A stretch of 64,000 nucleotides of DNA from Phycisphaerae bacterium (GTDB lineage: Bacteria; Planctomycetota; Phycisphaerae; UBA1845), in contig CAXXGO010000006.1 in the NCBI GenBank assembly GCA_963666835.2, forward strand, positions 320,001-384,000. Direction: 5' to 3'. Positions 29,668-39,191 of the stretch are shown in pieces (the stretch's first letter is position 1; the number at the start of each line of letters is the position of its first letter). The translations under genes were made by a program, and so were the position numbers. The notes under the pieces were generated by a model. That model searched no databases, was not told where the DNA came from, and worked only from the letters and a program-made list of their open reading frames with translations.

Positions 29668-29916
29668 TTAGTTCCCCTGGTAGGGGATCAGGGCCATGAA
29701 GCGAGCGCGCTTGAGCGCTTCTTTCAGGGCTTTCTGCTCTTGGGCGTTGGTGCCGGCCCGGCGGCGCGACATCAGCTTGCTGCTCGGCGTAAGGAACTTG
29801 CGCAGCAATTCGATTTCCTTGTAGTCGACAATACTGCCGACCCAACCCCTATTGCCGCGGTCAGGAAAACGACGACTGGTGTGATATGACGTGGTGGTCT
29901 TCCGCTCTCTCTGCAC
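29668..29916 (-). CDS. rpsR: 30S ribosomal protein S18
   Basis: VDYKEIELLRKF...SRRRAGT...KRARFMALIPY. Confidence 0.9.
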   Translation of the reverse strand: MQRERKTTTSYHTSRRFPDRGNRGWVGSIVDYKEIELLRKFLTPSSKLMSRRRAGTNAQEQKALKEALKRARFMALIPYQGN

Positions 29917-29964
29917 GATGCTGTTCCTCTGTTTTGCCTTCTTCCGCCGTTCAACTAAGCGGTT

Positions 29965-30177
29965 CTACTGCTGCAAGCCGGACACTATCCGGTCGAACTC
30001 TTCCAGGTCGACTACTTCCGATTCATCCACGAGCATGATCGGCAGGCCGTCGCGAATCGGATAACGGCGACGAGTCTCTCGGTCAGTCGAATACAACCAG
30101 TCGTCCACCCGCACGAGCGGAGCGTGGGCAACGGGACAAACCAGATACTCGAACACACTTCCGCTGTCGCTGGCCAC
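29965..30177 (-). CDS. Trm112/YcaR family protein
   Basis: LVCPVAHAPL...YPIRDGLPIMLVDE. Confidence 0.85.
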   Translation of the reverse strand: MASDSGSVFEYLVCPVAHAPLVRVDDWLYSTDRETRRRYPIRDGLPIMLVDESEVVDLEEFDRIVSGLQQ

Positions 30178-30388
30178 CAGCCGATTCTTCCCTTGGCACC
30201 GACCGTCGGCGGCATCCGCCGCAGAACGACACGAGCCCCATATTCTATTGAATGCCGACCCGGACGCAAGCCGCCGCAGGCCCGTTTATACGCGGCCAAC
30301 ATTCTCCCAGCACGAACCCGGCGAGTCGGTCCGATAGTCTCATCTTGACCCCCGATATCGCTGATCCTATCGTGAACGCTCAGCTTGG

Positions 30389-31440
30389 GTGAACCGGAAG
30401 AGAAGCACAATTCGATTCGGGGTCCGCACAACTCTGTCCACCAAGGCGGGGGACGTGCAAGTCTTTAAACTGGAAGGACTTACGGGATCAGGGTTTGGAC
30501 CGATCGACCGCTTGCCCTTCAGCATCAGAGTGTTGATGGAGTGCGTCTGGCGTAACGTGGACGGGCACGCCGTTACCGAAAACGACGTGGCCACCGTGGC
30601 CCGTTGGGCAGCAGGAAGCCGGGCTGCCTCCCGAGAGGTGCCCTTCCTCCCCGCACGAGTGATTCTCCAGGATTTCACAGGAGTGCCGGCCGTGGTCGAC
30701 CTGGCCGCCATGCGGGATGCGTTACCGAAGCTCGGTGGAGACCCCCGCAAGATCAATCCCCTGATACCGGTGGATCTGGTCGTCGATCACTCGATTCAGG
30801 TCGACGCATTCGGATCTCCGGAAGCGATGGAGATTAACACCGCTCGCGAGTTCGAACGGAATCGGGAGCGCTACCAGTTCCTGCGGTGGGGCCAACAGGC
30901 GTTTGACGGCCTCCGTGTCGTCCCGCCGGCCACGGGGATCATCCACCAGGTCAATCTGGAGCACCTGGCCTCGGTCGTTTCGACCCGGACCATCGATGGC
31001 GTCACCGAGGCGTTTCCGGACAGCGTGGTCGGCACGGACAGCCACACGGTGATGATCAACGGGCTCGGCGTAGTCGGCTGGGGCGTGGGCGGGATCGAAG
31101 CGGAGGCGGTAATGCTCGGCCAGCCGATTACGATGCTCTTGCCGGACGTGGTCGGGTTCCACCTGTCCGGCAGGCTGCCGGACGACGTCACCGCCACCGA
31201 TCTTGTGCTGACGGTTAACCGGACCGCTCAACCGCCTCGGCTTCCACAATGCGGGGTATGGTTGCGCAACGTGCATCGGCAATAGCGGCCCCCCTGCCCG
31301 AGATGGTGGCCTAGGCCGTCGAGAGCGGCGAGTTAGTAGCTGCGGCCGTGCTGAGCGGCAACCGTAACTTCGAGGGTCGCGTGCATGCGCAAGTTAAGGC
31401 CAACTATCTGGCATCTCCGCCGTTGGTGGTGGCTTATGCC
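30389..31440 (+). pseudogene. acnA: Aconitate hydratase A pseudogene
   Basis: [33 protein letters not shown], then a jump to [13 protein letters not shown], frameshift and stop, [13 protein letters not shown]...[10 protein letters not shown]; ends at REP B. Confidence 0.9.
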
Positions 31441-31471
31441 GGGTGCCATGGTCCACGCTTGCGTGGCCATG
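31441..31471 (+). repeat. REP family B at the acnA truncation point
   Basis: Identical to 5406-5436. Confidence 0.88.
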
Positions 31472-31654
31472 AAGCAAGTAATCGCATGAAAGGCTGTCTC
31501 CCGCCGGACGATAGGGTCCGTTCCGCGGACCAATTTGCCTGATGATTGCAGGTGTCGCTATGAGCTCGTAGGGCATGGTCGAGGAACGAGACCTGCCGCG
31601 ATGGTGCGTGTCATGCAAAGGCCTGCTCAAGAGCAGCGATACACCCGCCGGCCT

Positions 31655-32285
31655 CAAGCCCCTTGGGGCGACAGGTCTTGTAGCCCCATGGCGTAAGCCT
31701 GGGGAAACTGTGCGGCTACTTGACGCCAAGCCCCTTGGGGCGGCACAAGACATCGAGGTTTGGATCGGACGCCGGTGATTCAACATCATAAGGGGAATAC
31801 GTTGGCGCCGGCCGGGACCTCTTCGAATGCCGAAGTGCCGCCCCGGGGCGGGGCTGGGGTTGACGTACGACGCGATCCCGCGGCTCACGCCGCGGGCTGG
31901 GCAGAGCTGTCGCCCTGACGGGCTGGTTCCGCGAGGCACACAAGTGGCGCATGTTCGAGGAACGAGACTTGCCGTGGTCTTCGCGCGATGTGCACCATCG
32001 TGGCAGGTCTCGTTCCTCGACCGTGCCCTACAGGGGGTGCCAACCGGGTGTCCTGGGTCAACTTGTTGACCCGTGGAGCTTGGCGAGCCGCAGGCATCAC
32101 GGGCACGCCGGAACGGTCCATGACCCTAACGCGAGATCGAGTGACGACCGGTACTTCGCTGCGCAAATCGGCGACGCTTGCCCATGCCACCCAGGACGGC
32201 AGGTCTCGTACCTCGACCGTGCCCTACGAGGTCCTCGCGCGACGCGCGCTATTGCGGCAGGTCTCGTGCCTCGACCTGCCCTACG
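31655..32285. repeat. ~630-bp composite repeat block, copy 1 (copy 2 at 34187-34819)
   Basis: Near-identical direct repeats with several palindromes and family C REPs (GTAGGGCAYGGTCGAGGNACGAGACCTGCC). Confidence 0.9.
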
Positions 32286-32338
32286 AGGTCCTCGCGCGAC
32301 GCGCGCTATCGTGGCAGGTCTCGTGCCTCGACCGTGCC

Positions 32339-33772
32339 CTACGAATTCCTACGGGTCGAGAAAGCCAGTTTGCTCAAGGTCATTAGCAGCAGCGCCAGCA
32401 CGACCAAGCCCCAGGTTGAGACGGTGGGGATGTACTGGGTGCAGTCCGGAATTCCGTTGTTGTCGTGGTCGTAGCGGTCGTCCAGGCCTTCGCATTGGTC
32501 GATGCAGTCCGGTACGGTGTCCTGGTCGGCGTCGAGGAAGTCGCTTACTCCGCAGCCGCAGATTCCCGGTTCGATCTTGTCCGGGTCGTTCTTGCAGGCG
32601 TCGAGGCAGTCCAGGGTCCCGTCGTTGTCTGAATCGATGTCCGGGCTGCCGCATCCACATACGCCGGGATCGGTCTTGCCGACGTTGTTCGGGCAGGCGT
32701 CTCCGCAGTTGCCGTCCACGCCGTCGCCGTCGGCATCGCCTTCACAACTGGTCAGCTCGCCTTGCGGGGTGCCGCCGGCAGTTGTGCAGTCTTCGGCCGT
32801 GAGGTTTGTGCACGTGCCGTCCGCCTGGCAGCAGGCCTCCACGGCGCCGTAGACGTATTGGACCACATTGACCGCGGCGCCGTCGTCGAAGGTGAACGTG
32901 GTGGTCTCGCCCGTCGTCAGGGTACGGTCCAGGACGACCTGCACGGTATCGACGTCGTATTCCTCAAGGCGTAGTACCTGGGTGACCACGGGCACGGGCC
33001 CGCCGGTGACCTCTACGGTGATCTCATTAGTGTACACGTTGTTGGCCGAGTCGAAGGTCACGCTGAAGCGATCGAGACCAGGATAGGAAGCGGTGCCAAT
33101 CTCGCCGGCGGGCGGATCGGTCGCGATGATCTGCTCGCCGTGCGAGACGGTCCCGTACCGCAACGCGTCCCACTCGTGGGTCTTGTTGGTGGTCCAATCC
33201 CCGCAGGAATTCCGCCCCGAGAGCTGCACGTATGCCACGGTCTCTTCACATTCTATGGCGCGTTCGACAAACACGATACCGTCGACCGAATACCGATAGT
33301 TGAAACCGTCAAGACTCTCGAACCGGTAGGTGTGGAATTCGTCGATATCGAGTCCCGTAATCCAGCCGGCACCGGACGGCGAGAACGCCGAGTCACCGTA
33401 GATGTTGATGTAATCAGGGCTCTTGCGGAAAACGACGTCGAGGGAGGCGTCGCACGAATTCCAGATTGGTCCGACCGCCGAATTGGAGCGGAGGCGCCAT
33501 TCGACCCAGAGGCTTGGCGGCTGCTCCTCGCCCATTCTGGTAATATCACGGTGGTAATGGGCCAACCCGCAACAGCCGGACCAATGCAGGATGAAATGGC
33601 CGTCTTCCACTCTCTCGCTGCAAGGATCTTCGCATTCGGAACCGAGCAGCCAGCCTTCCGAAGGGTCGTAGGGCACGACGTCCCCCTCGTAACGATACAA
33701 GACTTCGTCGGCAGGGACAGACACGGACGGAAACGCAACAAGAATAACCAACAACGACCAACGCCAAGGCAT
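32339..33772 (-). CDS. Secreted protein with thrombospondin type-3-like Ca-binding repeats and IPTL-CTERM sorting signal
   Basis: Signal peptide; DADGDGVD..CD.CP and DSDNDGTLDCLDAC repeats; C-terminal IPTVSTWGLVVLALLL...RR. Confidence 0.85.
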   Translation of the reverse strand: MPWRWSLLVILVAFPSVSVPADEVLYRYEGDVVPYDPSEGWLLGSECEDPCSERVEDGHFILHWSGCCGLAHYHRDITRMGEEQPPSLWVEWRLRSNSAVGPIWNSCDASLDVVFRKSPDYINIYGDSAFSPSGAGWITGLDIDEFHTYRFESLDGFNYRYSVDGIVFVERAIECEETVAYVQLSGRNSCGDWTTNKTHEWDALRYGTVSHGEQIIATDPPAGEIGTASYPGLDRFSVTFDSANNVYTNEITVEVTGGPVPVVTQVLRLEEYDVDTVQVVLDRTLTTGETTTFTFDDGAAVNVVQYVYGAVEACCQADGTCTNLTAEDCTTAGGTPQGELTSCEGDADGDGVDGNCGDACPNNVGKTDPGVCGCGSPDIDSDNDGTLDCLDACKNDPDKIEPGICGCGVSDFLDADQDTVPDCIDQCEGLDDRYDHDNNGIPDCTQYIPTVSTWGLVVLALLLMTLSKLAFSTRRNS

Positions 33773-34186
33773 GACCTACCTCCCTCCATAGAAGACCGCC
33801 CACCACGGTATCCGATTGCGACCCCCGCGTCAAGATAAACTGACAATTTGGTAGTGGGCAGATTGTTGCTCGGTCGGTACCGCGACCGCGAAGAACTGGC
33901 CACGGTGCGCGCCCAGGTCGCCGGCCTATCGGTACCGCGACTGGTGAGAGAGCGGGCACGATGCGTGGCCAGGTCGCTACGTATCGCTCATGGGCGGGTC
34001 GCTCACGCTCGCCGTCTGATAGGGCGGCGCAGGCGCGTGTAGGGCATGGTCGAGGTACGAGACCTGCCGCGGTCCTCGCGCGACGCGCGGCATTGCGGCA
34101 GGTCTCGTTCCTCGACCGCGCCCCACGAGGTCCTCGCGCGACGCGCGGCATTGCGGCAGGTCTCGTGCCTCGGCCCTGTCGCAAGC

Positions 34187-34819
34187 CAAGCCCCTTGGGG
34201 CGACAGGTCCTGTAGCCCCAAGGCGTAAGCCTGGGGAAACTATGCGGCTACTTAGCGCCAAGCCCCCTTGGGGGCGGCACAAGACATCGAGGTTTGGATC
34301 GGACGCCGGTGATTCAACATCATAAGGGGAATACGTTGGCGCCGGCCGGGACCTCTTCGAATGCCGAAGTGCCGCCCCGGGGCGGGGCTGGGGTTGACGT
34401 ACGACGCGATCCCGCGGCTGACGCCACGGGCTGGGCAGAGCTGTCGCCCTGACGGGCTGGTTCCGCGAGGCACACAAGTGGCGCATGTTCGAGGAACGAG
34501 ACTTGCCGTGGTCTTCGCGCGATGTGCACCATCGTGGCAGGTCTCGTGCCTCGATCGTGCCCTACAGGGGGTGACAACCGGGTGTCCTGGGTCAACTTGT
34601 TGACCCGTGGAGCTTGGCGAGCCGCAGGCATCACGGGCACGCCGGAACGGTCCATGACCCTAACGCGAGATCGAGTGACGACCGGTACTTCGCTGCGCAA
34701 ATCGGCGACGCTTGCCCATGCCACCCAGGACGGCAGGTCTCGTGCCTCGACCGTGCCCTACGAGGTCCTCGCGCGACGCACGCCATTGCGGCAGGTCTCG
34801 TGCCTCGACCGTGCCCTAC
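34187..34819. repeat. ~630-bp composite repeat block, copy 2
   Basis: Direct repeat of 31655-32285; partial third copy at ~34889-34968 and ~35112-35300. Confidence 0.9.
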
Positions 34820-35336
34820 GCGGGATGACAACCATGTGGCAACGCCGGTTCTGCACTGCTCAAGAGCAGTGGCACACCGGCCGGGGTGAAGCCCCTTGGG
34901 GCGACAGGTCCTTTTAGCCCCACGGCGTAAGCCTGGGGAGACTGTGCGGCTGCTTCACACCAAGCCCCTACTATCTTGACAATTGTCCAGCCACCGTTCG
35001 ATCCACCACATGCTGTGGTTGGACAATTGTCGAGATAGCCGATCTTGACCATTGTTCACCGGCACGGTGCGACAATTGTCAAGATCTTGCGGGCGGCAGA
35101 AGGCGTCGGGGTTTCGATCGGATGCCGGTGATTCAACATCATAAGGGGAATACGTTGGCGCTGGCCGGGACCTCTTCGATTATTGAAGTGCCGCCCCTGG
35201 CGGGGCTTGGGTTGACTTGCGACTCGATCCCGCGGCTGACGCCGCGGGCTGGGCAGAGCTGCCGCCCTGACGGGCTGATCTTGCGAGACACGCAGGTGTC
35301 ACACATTCGTGCGACTCGGTCGATTGCGGCTTCGAT

Positions 35337-35714
35337 GGCAGGTCTCGTACCTCGACCGTGCCCTACGAGGTCCTCGCGCGACGCGCGCTATTGCGGCAGG
35401 TCTCGTTCCTCGACCGTGCCCTACGAGGTCCTCGCGCGACGTGCGCCATCGTGGCAGGTCTCGTTCCTCGACCGTGCCCTACGTGGTCCTCGCGCGACGC
35501 TCGCCTTTGTGGCAGGTCTCGTGCCTCGACCATGCCCTACGAGGTCCTCGCGCGACGTGCGCCATCGTGGCAGGTCTCGTTCCTCGACCGTGCCCTACGA
35601 GGTCCTCGCGCGACGCGCGGCATTGCGGCAGGTCTCGTACCTCGACCGTGCCCTACGAGGTCCTCGCGCGACGTGCGGCATTGCGGCAGGTCTCGTGCCT
35701 CGACCGTGCCCTAC
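35337..35714 (-). repeat. Tandem array of 7 family C REP units, 58-bp period
   Basis: GGCAGGTCTCG at 35337, 35395, 35453, 35511, 35569, 35627, 35685; linkers nearly identical. Confidence 0.95.
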
Positions 35715-35754
35715 CGGAGATGACACCTCGGCGGCACCTTTGTAGGGTGCTCAG

Positions 35755-36942
35755 TCAGGTCTTCAGGAAGTACTCCATCAACTCGTGTCCGGGATCGATG
35801 TACAGATCGCTTTGGGTGGCGTGCTTCTCGCAGAAGGTCTTGTTGAGCACGCTGTGGATGGCGTGACCCGCCATGCAGAACGGCGGTGGGGTGGCCGTGT
35901 GTACCTTGCTCGCCACCGGAGTGGGATGGTCCGGGGAGATCAGAATCCGCCACTTGTCGAAGGTGCGGAGCTTCTCCAGAACAGGACCGACCACGTGGCA
36001 GTCGATCTGCTCGATAGCTTCGATCTTCTCATCGGCGTTCCCTCGGTGTCCGGCTTCATCGGGTGCTTCTACATGGACGACCACCAGATCGTAGTCGTCA
36101 AGAGCTTCCACTGCAGCCTTACCCTTGGCGGCATAATCGGTGTCGAGATAGCCGGTGGCGCCGGGTACATCCAGCACGGCCATATCCGCGGTCCGCGCGA
36201 TTCCGCGGATCAGGTCGACGGCAGCGATCAACACTCCGGACACTCCGAAGCGCCCGGCGAACGCCTGCAACTCGGCCGGCGGGCCTTGCCCCCAGAGCCA
36301 GATGTCCGTCGCGGCGTTCTCGCCCAAGTCGCGCCGAACGGCGTTCACCTCGTGATCCGCAAGCAGAGTGTGTGCCCGATCCATGACACCCTTGACCCAG
36401 TCCGCGCCCGGCCCGCTCGGGAGATGATCCGCCACGGGCTGGTCGGGGAAGTCGTGCGGGGGTACGCACGTGGGATTCACGTTGTCGATGTCGGAGGCGA
36501 TCATCAGGTTGCGATAGGAGATACCGGTGTGGAACCGGCAGCCCGCCGAGACCACGCTCTCGTTAAGGTCGGCGATCAACCGCGCGGCTTCTTTGTCCGA
36601 GATGTGCCCGGCCGTGAAGTCTTCCATCTTGCCATCGACGATCGTCACGAGGTTGCATCGAAAGATAAGCTGCCCGGGGCGGGTCGGAATCCCCCGAGCC
36701 GCCGCCTCCAAGGGGGCTCGCCCCTTGTAGAACTTCGCCGGGTCATAGCCGATCAACGACAGGGTGGCCACGTCACTGGCAGGCAGGTAGCCGGGCGGCA
36801 CGGTGACCACGCGCCCCTGGCGGCCGTTGATCGACACCCAGTCCATGTTCGGCTTCTTGGCTATCTCGAACGGGGTCCGGCCGTCGAGCCTCTCGATCGG
36901 CTCGTCGGCGGCACCGTCCGGCAGAATTATCGCGTACTTCAT
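35755..36942 (-). CDS. apgM: Cofactor-independent phosphoglycerate mutase, ApgM type
   Basis: DGAADEP, GRTP, SDVATLS, GRAPLEAAA, FRCNLVT, SYRNL, HVEAPDEAGH, PDHPTP. Confidence 0.9.
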   Translation of the reverse strand: MKYAIILPDGAADEPIERLDGRTPFEIAKKPNMDWVSINGRQGRVVTVPPGYLPASDVATLSLIGYDPAKFYKGRAPLEAAARGIPTRPGQLIFRCNLVTIVDGKMEDFTAGHISDKEAARLIADLNESVVSAGCRFHTGISYRNLMIASDIDNVNPTCVPPHDFPDQPVADHLPSGPGADWVKGVMDRAHTLLADHEVNAVRRDLGENAATDIWLWGQGPPAELQAFAGRFGVSGVLIAAVDLIRGIARTADMAVLDVPGATGYLDTDYAAKGKAAVEALDDYDLVVVHVEAPDEAGHRGNADEKIEAIEQIDCHVVGPVLEKLRTFDKWRILISPDHPTPVASKVHTATPPPFCMAGHAIHSVLNKTFCEKHATQSDLYIDPGHELMEYFLKT

Positions 36943-37165
36943 CGCAGTCCTTCCCAAAGCTGAGTTTCTTTTCGAGACCCCATTCTCAGCGATATCACGC
37001 CCTCTGGCGATAGCGCCAAGACCGCCTCCTGAGCCGTTTTTGGGGTCCTTACGAGAGGATCGCACCGCGTGATTCTAGTGGGAACATCCCCACCCCGCCA
37101 ACCGGGTGGATGGGATCCAGAGTTTCAGCAGAGCCCCGCATCGGCGGACACCGCCCCCGCATCCG

Positions 37166-37279
37166 CTGACGCATTCGGAGAGAATCCGGACAGCCGAAAC
37201 AAACTCGCGGTTCAGCGGCGCCGTCTCTTTCACCCTCAGGGTGATTGGGATTGTCGGGACCCCGCCCGGGGGCGGCGGC
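37166..37279. repeat. Dispersed ~115-bp repeat, copy 2
   Basis: Matches 16092-16207. Confidence 0.75.
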
Positions 37280-37355
37280 CGCTACGCGGACTTGCCCCCG
37301 GCTATTGTCTTTCAGGCTTTCAGCCTGAAGAAGGAGCCGGTAAGCGACGGCGCGC

Positions 37356-38351
37356 TCAGGCGGGCGGGTCCGGCTCGAAGCCACGGGCCATGTGGTACAT
37401 CGCCCTATCGAAGAAAGCGGCGATCCGCCGGTTCAGCTCGAGCACGCGGTATACTTCAATGGGCCTTTCCCAAAACCCGCGTTTGCGGCTGAAGGCCCAG
37501 AGATGCTTGCGCAGCAACGTCAAAGAGCTGAACACTTCGTGAACGGCCATGCCTTGGGTTTGGCGCTCGCGGCCGAGATTCCGGTAGAAGACGCGCACCT
37601 CTTCGTCGGCCTCGTGCCCTTTGAACCACCTGCCGAACTGCGCGACCGCGGCATCCCCGCGATCGAAGAGCTCGGAGGGATCGACCCTTCGGTATGACTT
37701 CGTCGTGGCATTCGACCGCACATCCGCGACCCACAATCTTGTTATCTCGTTGGAATGCTCTTCCACCAGCGCTACCAGCGCGTCCGAGAGCATCTCCTTC
37801 CCTTCGTCGGCCTGAAGGTGCTCGAAGGAGTCCTGGATAGCCCACTCCTCTTCGTGGATCTTGGCACACGCCGCCAGCGCCTTCTCGTTGGAGGAAAACG
37901 CCAGCGGCGGAACACGATCCAGCGGGAAATACGCCACGTCCTCCGCATCGTCGCCGGCTTGCTCCACGCCGCCGACCTTCGCCACCTCGAAAGTCACGAT
38001 TAGCAGATCGCCATAGAAAGCACTGAAATGAGAAGTGACATCCAACAACCGCAACACCTGTCCGTCGATTCCGGCTTCTTCTTTAAGCTCCCGACAGGCC
38101 GCGTCCGCGATCGTCTCCCCCATCTCGGCGAATCCGATCGGCAGACACCACATCCCCTTCTGCGGCTCACGCCTTCGTTTGACCAACAGGACTTCGCGCT
38201 TGCGGCTCAGCACCACCGCGGCCGCCACCGGAAGGGGGTTCCGGTAGAACACCGTCTCGCACTCCGAGCAGACCTCACGCTGGCGATCCTCCACGGTGCG
38301 TGTCGCTATCTTGGCACCACATTGGGAACAATACTTCGCTTTCAACGCCAT
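37356..38351 (-). CDS. Zinc-ribbon NUDIX hydrolase with C-terminal helical (RsbRD_N-like) domain
   Basis: CSQCG...CSEC..FYRNP; GFAEMGETIADAACRELKEEAG Nudix box; C-terminal LGRER..QG...EVFSSLTLLRKHLW. Confidence 0.85.
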   Translation of the reverse strand: MALKAKYCSQCGAKIATRTVEDRQREVCSECETVFYRNPLPVAAAVVLSRKREVLLVKRRREPQKGMWCLPIGFAEMGETIADAACRELKEEAGIDGQVLRLLDVTSHFSAFYGDLLIVTFEVAKVGGVEQAGDDAEDVAYFPLDRVPPLAFSSNEKALAACAKIHEEEWAIQDSFEHLQADEGKEMLSDALVALVEEHSNEITRLWVADVRSNATTKSYRRVDPSELFDRGDAAVAQFGRWFKGHEADEEVRVFYRNLGRERQTQGMAVHEVFSSLTLLRKHLWAFSRKRGFWERPIEVYRVLELNRRIAAFFDRAMYHMARGFEPDPPA

Positions 38352-39145
38352 AGCGGGCTCCGGCACCAGAAGATCGCATCGTTTTTCTCTTCGACGATCT
38401 CACCATTCCGCGCCAGCAACTGGCGAGCATGCCGTTCAATGTACTCCGGAAGCGCATCACCCGGGCCCATCCCCGGTACCAGCAGCGGCAGTTTGAATCG
38501 CAAGTAGGTCAGCATGTCCTCCTCGTCATCCGGACCAAACCGAAGGCTGTTTCGATAGTCAATCCGCCGGATCTGCCCGAAATGCGGGCGGAGCACTTCA
38601 GCCCCATTCTCCGCTGAGAACGCGGCCGACAGCATACGCAACTCCGGCCCCGCCTCGGTCAAACCCGTGGAACGCAACAGCCCGCCGACGCAATCCTCGC
38701 TGTGGGTAATCGCCAGGAACAGACCGTTCGGCGAAAGGACCCTTGGAATCTCCGCAAGAACCTCAATGAAAAAGTAGAGTGAGTAACTGCACACTACCAG
38801 ATCGAGCGAATGATCCGACCACGGCAGACGGTCCGCCACCCGCAGACAAACAAACGACGCCCTCCGGCCGGCCGCAGACGCCGTCTCGAGGTATGCCGAT
38901 TCGTTCTCCAGCCAAGCGTCCACGCCGACAATGGCAGCCCCGGGTGCGACCCGCGCGGCAAGCCTCTCGGCCATAAACCCGAAACCGCAACCGAGATCCA
39001 GCACCGACTCTGCAAACGTCAGATCAACATCGCCCAAAGCCGCGTCACGAACATCCACCGGGTTCGTCGACCGCCGACGGAGAACCGCCGACACGGCCGC
39101 GTGGCTCGCGGGGCACTGATACGGCCATAGAGGTGGTTCGGCCAT
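38342..39145 (-). CDS. Class I SAM-dependent methyltransferase
   Basis: VLDLGCGFG, LDLVVC.YSLYF, RVLSPNG; overlaps the NUDIX start. Confidence 0.88.
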   Translation of the reverse strand: MAEPPLWPYQCPASHAAVSAVLRRRSTNPVDVRDAALGDVDLTFAESVLDLGCGFGFMAERLAARVAPGAAIVGVDAWLENESAYLETASAAGRRASFVCLRVADRLPWSDHSLDLVVCSYSLYFFIEVLAEIPRVLSPNGLFLAITHSEDCVGGLLRSTGLTEAGPELRMLSAAFSAENGAEVLRPHFGQIRRIDYRNSLRFGPDDEEDMLTYLRFKLPLLVPGMGPGDALPEYIERHARQLLARNGEIVEEKNDAIFWCRSPLWR

Positions 39146-39191
39146 AGCGACTGCATTATCGGATGTTAGGCAAAGTTATCAAACGCCCCAC

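Noticed and set aside
35337..35714. Possible CRISPR array (regular 58-bp period)
   Set aside because: The intervening sequences are near-identical rather than unique spacers, the unit also occurs dispersed in both orientations, and no cas genes are present.
31716..35866. Many Arg-rich ORFs in the repeat region
   Set aside because: They are translations of REP arrays.
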